From an uncultured Aminicenantes bacterium (GTDB lineage: Bacteria; Acidobacteriota; Aminicenantia; UBA2199): 64,000 nt of DNA. The stretch's first letter is position 1. Each line of letters opens with the position of its first letter. The notes beneath the pieces were generated by a model that did not search any database, was not told the origin of the DNA, and was given only the letters and a program-made list of their open reading frames with translations. The position numbers and the translations under genes were made by a program. Positions 49,772 through 60,142 of this stretch are shown here, piece after piece. The DNA lies in assembly GCA_965195285.1 (NCBI GenBank), contig CBDAFS010000040.1:32791-96790 (forward strand). The letters run 5' to 3'.

Positions 49772-50608
49772 TCATTCGATCCATAACTTAAAGATTGATT
49801 CCTCGTCATCAACTTTTAAGATCTCCCCTTTCTTCATCAGTTTTTTAAGCAAAAGGTCGATATCATATCCTTCTTTCTTCAATGCTGATTTCTCTTTTTT
49901 AGGAATGGATTCCAGAGCCAGCTTGCCAAACATGAGAGGGATGGATAAGGAAAAGGTTACTTTTTTCAATTTCTTATCATAGACCTGTATGTGCAAGAGT
50001 TTGGCTTCGGACTCTCTTTCTGCTGAAATTTCTTTCAATAAATCCGGATCAATGCGCATCAGAGCGATTTTAGCCCGGTCCCGGAGTTCTTCATCTATTC
50101 CTCTCTGAATCATTTGCTTCAATACCGGAACAGCTTTGACCGATATTCTCTTATCTTTGGCATAACTCAGCTTGAATGCCGCATAATATTTTATGGTGAG
50201 TTTTTTATATTTCAGATAAGGTAAAATTTTATTTAAGTAGGACTTGTCTTTATTCTGGTAAAGATCGAAATACAAATCAATGATGGAAATGATTGCTTCC
50301 TCTCGGAGATTCTCATTAAGTGAAATGTCCAAAAAAAGCATGTAATTAAGAAGGGCTTTTTTGTACTGTTTTTTTTCTTCCAGGCATTTGCTTTTATAGA
50401 GGATAGCCAGAGAAAGATGATCGCTCTCGGGAAATTTTTCAATGAACTCATTCAGAACAGACAAGGCACTGTCCCATTGCTTGTCGAAAAGCAAAAGTTT
50501 TGCCCGTTCCAACAATTCCACTTCACCAGCCCACAAAATAGCAAAACTGGAAAGAACACAAATTAACAAGACAAAGATTAAAATTCTTTTTTTCATTTTA
50601 AACCTCAT
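49772..50608 (-). CDS. Secreted TPR/HEAT-repeat protein
   Basis: Signal peptide; QWDSALSVLNEFIEKFPES TPR; ELRDRAKIAL HEAT-like segment. Confidence 0.8.
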   Translation of the reverse strand: MRFKMKKRILIFVLLICVLSSFAILWAGEVELLERAKLLLFDKQWDSALSVLNEFIEKFPESDHLSLAILYKSKCLEEKKQYKKALLNYMLFLDISLNENLREEAIISIIDLYFDLYQNKDKSYLNKILPYLKYKKLTIKYYAAFKLSYAKDKRISVKAVPVLKQMIQRGIDEELRDRAKIALMRIDPDLLKEISAERESEAKLLHIQVYDKKLKKVTFSLSIPLMFGKLALESIPKKEKSALKKEGYDIDLLLKKLMKKGEILKVDDEESIFKLWIE

Positions 50609-51374
50609 AAGATGATAATTCTTTTTCTATTAAACGAATCTTTAATAAAAGTCTCTCCTGGTGAATAAGTCGCTGCAAACGCTGGATTTGCTCACAGGTA
50701 ATTTCTTCCTTCATAATAAGCATTTCATACAGTATCAATTCAATTTTGCGTAACAGGTTCTTGGAGCTCATCAGTTGCGGATCGTTTAAATCCTGGGAAA
50801 AATATCGGTTCATTACCAGCAGTATTTTAATTTGTTCTGTACTAGACCGTTTATTCAAGGGAATCCCGGATTGAATATGGCATTGTTCCATAAACCCGGT
50901 CAATATCAGCTGGGTCTTTCTAAAATAATCAAGAATTTGCCTTCTGGATAAAGTGGTTTCAATCCGATTCAGAGCACCCTTGAAATTTACAGACTTCTTT
51001 AATTTCAAATCGGTTGAATGAAATAAATAAAACCCGGCCATCAATCCCAGAATGAAAACGGTGGTCAAGGCAAATGAGGGCACCTTCCATCTGGATAGAT
51101 GAAATGGAAAATAAGAGCGGCCCGCCGGCTTTGATGAAACCGGGGGTCTATTCAATCGAACTGCTTCACTCCCCCAATCCTTGGCCTTCACTGCCTGGTT
51201 ACAATCCTCCTGAAGATACCCAATACCCCTGAATGTTTCCTGGATCTGATGGTATTTGATTTGACAGGATTGACATTTTTCCACATGGGCTTTAACTTGG
51301 TCTACTTCCATGGTTCCAAGTTCATCGGAAAAATAAGCCACCAATAATTTCTTTACCCTTTTACAATCGTTCAT
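50598..51374 (-). CDS. Zinc-finger (zf-HC2) anti-sigma factor
   Basis: C...HVEKCQSC motif, one TM; follows an ECF sigma. Confidence 0.87.
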   Translation of the reverse strand: MNDCKRVKKLLVAYFSDELGTMEVDQVKAHVEKCQSCQIKYHQIQETFRGIGYLQEDCNQAVKAKDWGSEAVRLNRPPVSSKPAGRSYFPFHLSRWKVPSFALTTVFILGLMAGFYLFHSTDLKLKKSVNFKGALNRIETTLSRRQILDYFRKTQLILTGFMEQCHIQSGIPLNKRSSTEQIKILLVMNRYFSQDLNDPQLMSSKNLLRKIELILYEMLIMKEEITCEQIQRLQRLIHQERLLLKIRLIEKELSSYEV

Positions 51375-51378
51375 ATTA

Positions 51379-51978
51379 TTACCTCATCCCTACAAAACCT
51401 TTTTTTATCTTATTAATCGAGCGATGGTGTGAAGATTTGACGCCCCCAATTGAAATATTCAAAATATCAGCAATCTCTTTATATTTATAATGACCATAAT
51501 GCTTTAATACAAATATTAATTTCTGACGTTTTGGAAGTAAGGATATGGATCGTCTCAGAATTTGTTTTTGTTTCAAGATGAACATATGATCTTCCGGATT
51601 CATTGCTATTTTTGCTTGATGTTGAAAGATTCGATATAAATTTTCCTGATTTTGATTTTTTTTCTTGAACTTTCGATAATAATCAATGCATAAATTTAAA
51701 GATATACGATAAATCCAGTTTCTGAAATGGGTATGTTCATTAAAATCATCTATTTTTTCAAAAATCCGAATAAATGTTTCCTGCACTATTTCCATGGCAT
51801 CATCTCTATCATGAAAAAAACCATAAGCCAGCCGGAAAATTCTTTTCCGGTACAGGGTAACGATCCCGTTAAAGGCCTGTCGATCACCCTTTTTGACCCG
51901 TTGAATAAGATCTCTCTCTTCTGAAACTTCATAAAAAAAGTCTCTGCCAGTCTTTTCAATCATCACCATACCCAACAA
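51379..51978 (-). CDS. ECF RNA polymerase sigma factor
   Basis: GDRQAF, DAMEIVQETF, WIYRISLNLCIDY and YKEIADIL motifs. Confidence 0.94.
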   Translation of the reverse strand: MLGMVMIEKTGRDFFYEVSEERDLIQRVKKGDRQAFNGIVTLYRKRIFRLAYGFFHDRDDAMEIVQETFIRIFEKIDDFNEHTHFRNWIYRISLNLCIDYYRKFKKKNQNQENLYRIFQHQAKIAMNPEDHMFILKQKQILRRSISLLPKRQKLIFVLKHYGHYKYKEIADILNISIGGVKSSHHRSINKIKKGFVGMR

Positions 51979-51981
51979 CGG

Positions 51982-52107
51982 TTAAAACCTCTGCATTCCA
52001 ATTACGGGACAATCCGGATCCGATTCAATCCCGGATTTGATTGATCCAATTGTTAAAAACACCATCAGTAAAAATATGAAAAGCCAAATTAACATTTTGT
52101 TGATCAT
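51982..52107 (-). CDS. Putative 41-aa single-TM small protein
   Basis: MINKMLIWLFIFLLMVFLTIGSIKSGIESDPDCPVIGMQRF*. It has a GAGGG RBS and fills the gap between the ECF promoter and the sigma gene. Confidence 0.45.
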   Translation of the reverse strand: MINKMLIWLFIFLLMVFLTIGSIKSGIESDPDCPVIGMQRF

Positions 52108-52142
52108 TGAAGACCCTCTGTTTTCACCTTCTTTCTAAATAG

Positions 52143-52170
52143 ATAACGCAGGTAATACCCAAAAGGTTTG
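52143..52170 (-). promoter_or_regulatory. Putative ECF-type autoregulatory promoter CAAACC-N16-CGTTAT
   Basis: AAC...CGT signature with a 16-nt spacer upstream of the ECF operon. Confidence 0.6.
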
Positions 52171-52212
52171 CAAGGAAAATGATTATATTCAGTTAGATTT
52201 CAGATAACATCA

Positions 52213-53232
52213 TTATTTTTTTAATTTTCGAATCTGCTCTTTATAGTCCGGATAGATCACCTTTTCTTCGGTTATGATTGCAGTAATAAATCTATTGGGA
52301 GTAATATCAAAGGCAGGATGAATCACTTCTGTTTCCGGATCGGCAATGATCTGATTTCTGAAATAAATAATTTCTTCCTTTCCTCTTTCTTCGATTGGTA
52401 TTTCACTGCCAGTATCCAAGGTAAAATCAAAGGTTGAAATAGGGGCCGCCACATAAAATGGTATTTGATGATAGTCCGCCAGAACCGCAATTGAATAGGT
52501 CCCGATTTTATTGGCGGTATCTCCATTCTGAACGATTCGATCTGCCCCAACAATTACTCCATCAATCATTCCCTTTGACATCAGGTACCCCACCGAATTA
52601 TCCGTGACCAGTTTCACCGGAATTCCATCCTTTTGCAACTCCCAAACTGTCAATCGGGCACCCTGAAGGTAGGGTCTGGTTTCAGCGGCAATTACACAGA
52701 TCTGCTTTTTATTTTCAACAGCAGACCGGATAACTCCCAGGGCCGTACCATAGCCAGCCGTTGCCAATGATCCCGCATTGCAATAAGTGAGAATTGTTTG
52801 TCCGGATTTTATTAAACGCTGCCCATTCTTGCCAATTTTTCGATTGATGGAAACATCTTCCCTATCGATTTTTAATGCCTCCTTGACAATATTCTCCCTT
52901 AAGGCATCTGAATCATGCCGGTAACGGTGATACACACGCTCCATTCTATCCAGAGCCCAAACCAAGTTTACAGCCGTGGGGCGGGTTTGGGCAAACACAT
53001 TGATTATTTTTTTAAATTCATGTTCATCGGAGGCCTCTCCTTTTACCACAGCCAGTGCAATACCCATGGCTGCCGCAACTCCAATGGCCGGAGCTCCTCT
53101 GATCGCCATATCTTTAATGCTCCTAACAATATCTCTGTAATCATGATGAATCATCATTTCTTCCTTTTCCGGAAGAAGACGCTGGTCCAGCATATATACC
53201 CTATCATTATTCCACTCAATGGCTGGATACAT
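52213..53232 (-). CDS. mtnA: Methylthioribose-1-phosphate isomerase
   Basis: LDQRLLP, IRGAPAIG, RPTAVNL, CNAGSLAT, ETRPYLQGARLT and NKIGTY motifs. Confidence 0.96.
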   Translation of the reverse strand: MYPAIEWNNDRVYMLDQRLLPEKEEMMIHHDYRDIVRSIKDMAIRGAPAIGVAAAMGIALAVVKGEASDEHEFKKIINVFAQTRPTAVNLVWALDRMERVYHRYRHDSDALRENIVKEALKIDREDVSINRKIGKNGQRLIKSGQTILTYCNAGSLATAGYGTALGVIRSAVENKKQICVIAAETRPYLQGARLTVWELQKDGIPVKLVTDNSVGYLMSKGMIDGVIVGADRIVQNGDTANKIGTYSIAVLADYHQIPFYVAAPISTFDFTLDTGSEIPIEERGKEEIIYFRNQIIADPETEVIHPAFDITPNRFITAIITEEKVIYPDYKEQIRKLKK

Positions 53233-53278
53233 TAATTCTCCTTGGGGAATTCTTTACAAATGATATTTAGAAAAAAAC

Positions 53279-53842
53279 TTACCTCACCCAACCCGGGGGG
53301 ACTCCCGCTTTTCTTGCCTTTTCAGATAAATCACTCAACTGATTTTGTAGACTCTCCAGTTTCAATTTATTCTTATTATGTTCTACAGTAAATTTGTCAA
53401 TTTGATTTTTCAGGTCAATTTTTTGGAGGGGGAGATTCATAGAAAGATGGTCGGTTACCATTTGATTAAAGACTAGCTGATCCGCTTCAACTTTTTTATT
53501 TAATTCCGCAACTTGTTTTTCCAGCTTATTTTTTAGATCGCTCCAGTATTTCCTTTCTTTCTGGGGATCTTTCTTTTGAACAGTGCTATTTTCCACTTGC
53601 TTTTCTTCTTGATCCAAGGTTTCCACCTCTCCCGTGAATTGGACAAACCCGTAATTTATTTCAGGGACTTTGATGGAAGCCAGATTATAATTGGTGAGTT
53701 TATATTTTGATTTTTGTATTTTTTTTCTTCTTTTTTCCTCTTCTTTTTTTAATTTCACCAAATCCACGGTATCGGGGAAAACACAAGGAGTGAAAATACT
53801 TATTATAAAAAAAGAAAGAACAACCAGTATCAAACTCCTCAT
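53279..53842 (-). CDS. Secreted coiled-coil hypothetical protein
   Basis: Signal peptide, heptad-rich C-terminal half, ends ARKAGVPPGWVR. Confidence 0.8.
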   Translation of the reverse strand: MRSLILVVLSFFIISIFTPCVFPDTVDLVKLKKEEEKRRKKIQKSKYKLTNYNLASIKVPEINYGFVQFTGEVETLDQEEKQVENSTVQKKDPQKERKYWSDLKNKLEKQVAELNKKVEADQLVFNQMVTDHLSMNLPLQKIDLKNQIDKFTVEHNKNKLKLESLQNQLSDLSEKARKAGVPPGWVR

Positions 53843-55062
53843 TTTCCAATCACCTGAATATGAACCAACCTGTTTTTTCTTCTCTGCTCTTCACTGGTAT
53901 TGTCAAATGGCGACTCTTTTTCTCCATAAAAATAGCTTTCAATGAAATTCTCCGCGATGTCATATTTATTGATTAACATCTCCCGAACCCGATCTACCCT
54001 TTCTTTTGAAATTTTCAGGTTGTATTCGAGGCCGCCAATACCGCAGGCATATCCTTTCAGTATAACAACAAATTCAGATTTAGATTTGATAAATTCCTTT
54101 ATTCTTCCAAACTCAATCTCATAACTGGGATCAATGCTCTTGCTATCCAGATCAAACAAAATACTGATTTCAACTTTTTGGATTTCATCCGGTAATTTTC
54201 CAGATTTCAAGGCTTCAACAATCGGAATTTTTTCAACATCTTCCAGCGTTTCTTCAGGTTCCTCAGAAATCAAGACCACCCGGTTTCCAATTCCTATGGC
54301 GTAGGTGGAATCTAAAATTTTTACGGTTGAATTGGTATTCTGGGGATTGACTACAATGCCGAGTCCTGTTATAACCGGCGGCAGGTCATTTTTGATTATC
54401 TTGAAAAACAAAAGGAAATCTCCTTTGGCCACCAGGGCTTTGCCAAGATCAACCGCCACAAAATTGGAAGTACCGGCAATTTCTCTTTCAACCCCAATTA
54501 TCAGATCACTGTAAACCACTCTCCCCTCAAAGGGTGACTCAGGTAATCGACATTCCTGATAATCAATTTTTTTCTTAAAAACCGTGTCTTCTGGTTTGAA
54601 TGGCAATAAAATATCATCAAGATGAACCATGTCACAACCTTTTCTCAAGGTAATAACCGCTCTATCTTCATATACACACGTTACTTCTGCCAGAGATTTT
54701 TTTAAATAGTAAATTCCCAACGATTTTAATGAAAAGGGATTGGAAATCCGCTTACCCTGCTCAAGTACGATCCACATATCTCCTTCTTTAATACCATCAA
54801 CCGAGCCCCTATTAATAAAAAGTTTATCTCCGTCAGCATAAGCACTTTTATTCAAAAACATCTCTTCTGCACCGATAATAACCACATCCCGGATGATTTT
54901 TTTACCGATAAAAAAAGAACAATACAGATCGCTTTCAGAGATTAAAGTAGATGCGGGTTTAAATGAGTAACTCTTTGTTAGACTAAAAACTTTCTGTTCA
55001 TCTTGTGAAAAAAGGGCAAGGCAAAAAACCATAACCAAAAATGCAACAAAAAATTTTTTCAT
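53839..55062 (-). CDS. OmpA-family peptidoglycan-binding protein with N-terminal beta domains
   Basis: C-terminal LFDLDS...GYAC..G..EYNLKISKER...YGE...NRLV. Confidence 0.82.
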   Translation of the reverse strand: MKKFFVAFLVMVFCLALFSQDEQKVFSLTKSYSFKPASTLISESDLYCSFFIGKKIIRDVVIIGAEEMFLNKSAYADGDKLFINRGSVDGIKEGDMWIVLEQGKRISNPFSLKSLGIYYLKKSLAEVTCVYEDRAVITLRKGCDMVHLDDILLPFKPEDTVFKKKIDYQECRLPESPFEGRVVYSDLIIGVEREIAGTSNFVAVDLGKALVAKGDFLLFFKIIKNDLPPVITGLGIVVNPQNTNSTVKILDSTYAIGIGNRVVLISEEPEETLEDVEKIPIVEALKSGKLPDEIQKVEISILFDLDSKSIDPSYEIEFGRIKEFIKSKSEFVVILKGYACGIGGLEYNLKISKERVDRVREMLINKYDIAENFIESYFYGEKESPFDNTSEEQRRKNRLVHIQVIGK

Positions 55063-55317
55063 TGTTCTCTCCTATTGTAAAAAAATACTAACTCCCCGGA
55101 AAAATTCCCGAAAAACAACTTAAACATAAGCATTACACTTTATTTAATAAAACAAAATAAGGATTTTGTCAAGTTTATTTCCATATGTTGCTCAATCAAT
55201 TAAATGCATACGTTTATAAAAAACCTCCCGGATGTCGCGAAATTAAAATTGACAGCAACGTGGTTTTATAGTAAAAATAGACATGTATTATTTTTGCCGA
55301 ATTGATGTGAAATAGAA

Positions 55318-56754
55318 ATGACCAAAAGTATTGCAGAAAATCCAATCCCCCTCATGTTAAAAAATATTTTAAAAGGAAAAGTCAGCGGAGAATTGACTAT
55401 AACCCTGACCCAACATTCGAAAAAATTATTCTTCTCCCAGGGCATTCTTAAGTTTGCACAATCCAATATCAAACAAGAAAGATTGGGGGAAATTTTATTT
55501 AAAATCGGGAAAATAAACCAAACCCAATTCTGGAATATTCATAAACTTTTGGAAGGTGAAACAGATAAAATCGGTAAAATTCTGGTTCAAAAGAATATTA
55601 TTACCCAGAAGGACGTCTTTTTTGGACTGGTTTCCCAGTTCCGAATTATCGCGCTCTCAATATTTGAACTGGAGTCCGGGCAATGGGAATTCCAGGAAAA
55701 AATTCCCGATGTGCCCGGGGATCTAAGCTTTAATATCGAACTCCCTTCAATCATCGTTGAGGGGATGAACAAAGTCAATAATTTGTCATTTTACACAAAT
55801 AAATTTAAATCATTTTCTCCTTATGTCATCAATCTTCATCCCAGCCATAAGGATATGCTCACTGCAGAGGATATGAATATCCTACAAATCTTGTCCGATC
55901 ACAAAAACACCTCATCTGAAAAGTTGATGACTCATCTAAAAATTTCTGAGGGTATTTTTTGGAGAAAAATGATAATTTTATACCTTCTCGATATCATTGA
56001 TTTCAAGGAAATCCAATTAGAGAAAACCATTGACAAGAACGTCGAAGAGTTGCTGAAATATTATGATAAAATAAGATTTAAAAAAACGGATTACTATGAA
56101 TTGCTCGGCATAAAAAATTCCAGCCAGGTAAATGAAATCAAGGAAGCATATTTCTCATTAGCCAAGAAATTTCATCCTGACCGGATAAACAATTCAGTAG
56201 GTTCGGAAATAAAAGAAAAGGCCAATTTCGTATTCGCTACTATCAACAAGGCCTATGACACCCTGAGTAATGAAAACAGAAAAGAAGAATACGATTCCAA
56301 AGGATACAAGGAAAGTGATCAGGAAGACTCCAAACAGGTAAACCTGAAAGAAAAAGCCCGGATTTTATTTTTGAAGGCAAAAACACTCTACAACAAAAAA
56401 CAGTACTGGGAAGCCGCATCACTGCTTGATGAAGCAGTTAAGATAGACAACAACAAACCGGCTTATATCTTATTGCTGGGTCTCAGTCAAATGAATACCG
56501 ACACCTTGAGAAGAATGGCGGAAAAGAACTTGCAGAAGGCAATTGAACTGGAACCATGGAATTCCGAACCTTTAATCGCCATGGGAAAACTCTTTCTTTA
56601 TGAAGGATTGAAAAAAAGAGCCGAAACATTTTTCCGAAAAGCATTATCCATAAATCCGGAAAATAAAATCGCCAAAAAAAAGCTTGATGAAATTAACAAG
56701 AGCTCATCAAAAAGAATATCAATCGGTTCCATCTTCGGAAAAAAGAAGAATTAA
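55318..56754 (+). CDS. DUF4388 + DnaJ + TPR domain protein
   Basis: ERLGEIL, DYYELLG...KKFHPD...INKAYDTL and C-terminal TPRs. Confidence 0.87.
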   Translation: MTKSIAENPIPLMLKNILKGKVSGELTITLTQHSKKLFFSQGILKFAQSNIKQERLGEILFKIGKINQTQFWNIHKLLEGETDKIGKILVQKNIITQKDVFFGLVSQFRIIALSIFELESGQWEFQEKIPDVPGDLSFNIELPSIIVEGMNKVNNLSFYTNKFKSFSPYVINLHPSHKDMLTAEDMNILQILSDHKNTSSEKLMTHLKISEGIFWRKMIILYLLDIIDFKEIQLEKTIDKNVEELLKYYDKIRFKKTDYYELLGIKNSSQVNEIKEAYFSLAKKFHPDRINNSVGSEIKEKANFVFATINKAYDTLSNENRKEEYDSKGYKESDQEDSKQVNLKEKARILFLKAKTLYNKKQYWEAASLLDEAVKIDNNKPAYILLLGLSQMNTDTLRRMAEKNLQKAIELEPWNSEPLIAMGKLFLYEGLKKRAETFFRKALSINPENKIAKKKLDEINKSSSKRISIGSIFGKKKN

Positions 56755-58409
56755 TCCACGATATTCAATTCTTTATTCAATATTTTTTTTATTTTTCCCA
56801 CTACATTCTGGACCTGTTTGTTCAACTGAGAAGCCTGACTGCTTATTTTTGTTTTAAAACCCTCATCTTCGATGCCTTTAAGATTTATCATGACATTGTA
56901 AAGCGCCGCTTCTGCTGCAGCGGAAGCTGTTAATCCGGCAACACCAGCATCGGACAGAGAATTCCTGTTCCCCTTTTCAGTAACCATTAAGGCCAAATCA
57001 GCTGCATTCTTTGATTTTTCCAAGACCGAAAGTGGAACCAAGGTAGCTGCTTTGGTGGCTTCCAGAATTTGATTGTTTCTGTAGTCAATTTCTTGGTCGG
57101 TTTTTTTAGGCAAGGAGAAACAATCCATAATCTTATTGAAAGCTTCTGTATCTTTATCAATGGCCTCAACAAAAAAATCTTTGAGTTGTTGTGCTTTTTC
57201 TGCTACCGATATCATTTCATCGCGAATGTCTTTGTACTCTTTCTTGTTATAGGTCAGATTTCCAACCATGGCGCTCAAACCAGAACAAAGGGCTCCGTTA
57301 ACTGCAGCCACACTACCTCCGCCCGGTGCAGGTGAATCAGAGGCCAGTTCATCCATAAATTCATAACTGTTCATGGAAGCCAACCTGCCTGGTTTTTTAA
57401 AGCGGTACTCGATTATTTTATGCTGAGGATTGAACTCAGCCACATCTTCCATACCCAGGGATTGAACCGCTATTCTTACCAATTCCTTTTGAGCGACTCC
57501 AGTTGATGAACCCTGCTTTTTTAAAAAATGCCTTCCCACTTCCAAAATGGCCTCGAAAGGTATTAATCCTACCAGCTCGCTCCCGGTAACCCGAACCCCA
57601 AAGGTATGGGCGAACTTTTCTGCCTCCTCAAAAACCCGATACAGAGGTGTGATTTTATAATTCAGGAGGTTAATCGAAATCTGGGCCATATTGTATTCAT
57701 CTATATACCAACCAACTCCTCTGACTGCCTTCAGGGTGCCGGGAATTCGCTCCTTTTTCCCGGTCTCTTTATTTTTCACCATTCTTCCCTTTTCTCTTAT
57801 TCGGTTGGCTATTTTTCTGGCGATTTTTACATCTCTGGTATTTAAATTAACATTGTAAGCAATCAGAAATTCCCTGGCCCCAATCACAGTAGCACCGGCT
57901 TTTTTATTAAAGACCGGTTTACCATAATCCGGTTTATATTTTTCAGTTTTTAATTTTTCAGGTAGCGCTTCATACTCTCCTTCCCTGATAAATGCCAGGC
58001 TTCTTCTCTCTTCAGATAGGGCCGCTTCTTCATACAGATAAACCGGAATATTCAATTCTTCTGCCACTCTTTCAGCCAAGCTTTTGGCTATGGCCACACA
58101 GTCCTCCATGGTTACTCCCGAAACCGGTACAAACGGACATACATCCGTTGCCCCCATTCGGGGGTGTTCGCCGCTATGAATGGCCATGTCAATAAGTTCT
58201 GATGCCTTTTTTATGGCTTGAAAAGCAGCTTCCAGAACGCCTTCGGGAGATCCTGCCATCGTAACCACAGTCCGATTGGTATCCTTGCCCGGATCTACAT
58301 CCAAAAGCATTACATTTTCTACTTTTTCTATCTCACCTGTGATCTGGTTGATGATGGACATATCTCTGCCTTCTGAAAAGTTCGGAACACATTCAACTAT
58401 TTTTTCCAT
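56751..58409 (-). CDS. ftcd: Fused glutamate formiminotransferase / formiminotetrahydrofolate cyclodeaminase
   Basis: ECVPNFSEGR, HPRMGATDVCPF and SDSPAPGGGS motifs. Confidence 0.96.
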   Translation of the reverse strand: MEKIVECVPNFSEGRDMSIINQITGEIEKVENVMLLDVDPGKDTNRTVVTMAGSPEGVLEAAFQAIKKASELIDMAIHSGEHPRMGATDVCPFVPVSGVTMEDCVAIAKSLAERVAEELNIPVYLYEEAALSEERRSLAFIREGEYEALPEKLKTEKYKPDYGKPVFNKKAGATVIGAREFLIAYNVNLNTRDVKIARKIANRIREKGRMVKNKETGKKERIPGTLKAVRGVGWYIDEYNMAQISINLLNYKITPLYRVFEEAEKFAHTFGVRVTGSELVGLIPFEAILEVGRHFLKKQGSSTGVAQKELVRIAVQSLGMEDVAEFNPQHKIIEYRFKKPGRLASMNSYEFMDELASDSPAPGGGSVAAVNGALCSGLSAMVGNLTYNKKEYKDIRDEMISVAEKAQQLKDFFVEAIDKDTEAFNKIMDCFSLPKKTDQEIDYRNNQILEATKAATLVPLSVLEKSKNAADLALMVTEKGNRNSLSDAGVAGLTASAAAEAALYNVMINLKGIEDEGFKTKISSQASQLNKQVQNVVGKIKKILNKELNIVD

Positions 58410-58419
58410 TCATACCTCC

Positions 58420-59073
58420 TCAAGATTTTTCTCTTTTTTTTTGATTTTTCTTTCTCCAGGAATCGATTTCTTTGTGATTCCCCGACAATAATATCTCTGG
58501 GACTTTTAATCCCCTGATCTCTCTGGGCTGGGTATACTGAGGAAATGCATATTGATCCGGATAAAAGAAAGAATCGGTCTCCAGAGACCTCGGATTTCCC
58601 ACCACTCCGGCCAACATTCTGCTTACGCTCTCAATCAATACCTCAGCGGCAACTTCTCCACCCATTAACACATATTCGCCGATGGAGATTTCCTCATCGA
58701 CCAACGTATCGATAACCCGCTGATCAACACCTTCATACCGGCCGCAAATGCATATTAAATGCTGTTCTTGTGCTAACTCTTTTATTTTTTTTTGATTTAA
58801 AAGATTTCCATAAGCAGAAAAAAGAATGACTTTGCCATTATTCTTTTGGGTCACATGCTCAATGGCATTAAACAGAGGTTCGGGCATCATAACCATTCCG
58901 GCTCCGCCAGCAAAAGGCCGGTCATCCACTTTTTTATGTTTATCCCGAGTAAATATTCTTAAATCGTATGTGTCCAGCTGAATGATATTCTCTTCAATGG
59001 CTTTGGAAACCAAACCATATTTTGCAAAACTTTTTATTAAATCAGGGAATATGGAAATAATTGAAAACTTCAT
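58420..59073 (-). CDS. trmD: tRNA (guanine-N1)-methyltransferase
   Basis: DDRPFAGGAGM, CGRYEGVDQR and SIGEYVLMGGE motifs. Confidence 0.97.
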   Translation of the reverse strand: MKFSIISIFPDLIKSFAKYGLVSKAIEENIIQLDTYDLRIFTRDKHKKVDDRPFAGGAGMVMMPEPLFNAIEHVTQKNNGKVILFSAYGNLLNQKKIKELAQEQHLICICGRYEGVDQRVIDTLVDEEISIGEYVLMGGEVAAEVLIESVSRMLAGVVGNPRSLETDSFFYPDQYAFPQYTQPREIRGLKVPEILLSGNHKEIDSWRKKNQKKREKS

Positions 59074-59561
59074 TTATTCAAATCCCATAATCCCTCGGGA
59101 GGATCGATGATGATTAACCCTTCATTCATTCTTATCTCATGGATGATTTCATCACTGAAGGGAATATAGATAATTTCTTCGTTATTGGAAATTTCAAACA
59201 CCTTATTCAGGCCAAATTGCTTTATGTCCCGGACTGTTCCCCACAATTTTTCATGAATATCTCTTACCAAAAAGTGAATCATGGACTTATCTTCTTCCTG
59301 AATTATCTTATCTAAAATGAAAACCGAATATCCGATTAATTTGTAAGCCTCTTCTATGGTATTGACATCATAAAATTTCAGAATGAATTTGCTGTTTATC
59401 CGTTTACTGTATTCAATCTTTTGTTTTTTTATATATTTCTCCGATTTCAGGATGACGACCTGATCCTTTTTTAAACTTAAGTTATCACAATAAGGTTCAA
59501 GCCCAATGACAATTTCCCCTTTATTGCCTTTAATTTTTAAGATTTTTCCAAAAGAAATCAA
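59070..59561 (-). CDS. rimM: 16S rRNA processing protein RimM
   Basis: GKILKIKGNKGEI, IPF and DPPEGL motifs; operon position. Confidence 0.9.
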   Translation of the reverse strand: MISFGKILKIKGNKGEIVIGLEPYCDNLSLKKDQVVILKSEKYIKKQKIEYSKRINSKFILKFYDVNTIEEAYKLIGYSVFILDKIIQEEDKSMIHFLVRDIHEKLWGTVRDIKQFGLNKVFEISNNEEIIYIPFSDEIIHEIRMNEGLIIIDPPEGLWDLNK

Positions 59562-59567
59562 ATAGAA

Positions 59568-59810
59568 TTATTGATCGTAATTTTCGATAATTTCAAGATT
59601 ATATCTTCTTCTATGCTTCATCCCGGAAGCAGCAAGGATAGTTCTAATAGCTCTGGCAGTTCTCCCTTGTTTTCCAATTACCTTACCGAGATCAGAGGGC
59701 GCCACATGTAGTTCCAGAATAGTTGTCTGTTCTCCATCAATCTGAGTTACCTTTACCTGATCAGGATTGTCAACCAATGATTTGCATACTGTTTCCACGA
59801 GCTGTTTCAC
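59568..59810 (-). CDS. khpA: KH-domain RNA-binding protein
   Basis: [17 protein letters not shown]. Confidence 0.95.
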   Translation of the reverse strand: MKQLVETVCKSLVDNPDQVKVTQIDGEQTTILELHVAPSDLGKVIGKQGRTARAIRTILAASGMKHRRRYNLEIIENYDQ

Positions 59811-59820
59811 GCTGTCCTCC

Positions 59821-60063
59821 TTAATTATCCGTTTTAACTTTCTTCAATAAGGACTTAACTGTTTGAGATGCTTTTGCTCCTTTTTTTATCCATTCATCAT
59901 ATTTGTCGACATCAATCTTTATTTCCACGGGATCGGTCATGGGATTATAATGTCCGATTAATTCAATATATCTCGACTCTCTGGGTTTTTCCTTGTCCAT
60001 TGCCACAATCCTGTAAAAAGGCCTGCGCTTGGTTCCTCGTCTTGTCAATCTAATCACAACCAT
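59821..60063 (-). CDS. rpsP: 30S ribosomal protein S16
   Basis: [17 protein letters not shown]...GHYNP. Confidence 0.98.
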   Translation of the reverse strand: MVVIRLTRRGTKRRPFYRIVAMDKEKPRESRYIELIGHYNPMTDPVEIKIDVDKYDEWIKKGAKASQTVKSLLKKVKTDN

Positions 60064-60090
60064 TAATTGTTATCTCCTTAAAAACCAATA

Positions 60091-60134
60091 CTGCAACACT
60101 CCCTTCTGATTTCATCAAAAAAGACCCATTGCAG
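60091..60134 (-). promoter_or_regulatory. Structured RNA element between ffh and rpsP
   Basis: CTGCAAT-GGGT-CTTTTTTGAT-GAA-ATCAGAAGGG-AGT-GTTGCAG two-part stem; the G-U pairs favour the minus strand. Confidence 0.45.
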
Positions 60135-60142
60135 GTAGAAAT

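Noticed and set aside
60091-60134. Hairpin next to ffh read as SRP (4.5S) RNA
   Set aside because: It is too short and lacks the GGAA tetraloop with the CAGG/AGCA symmetric loop.
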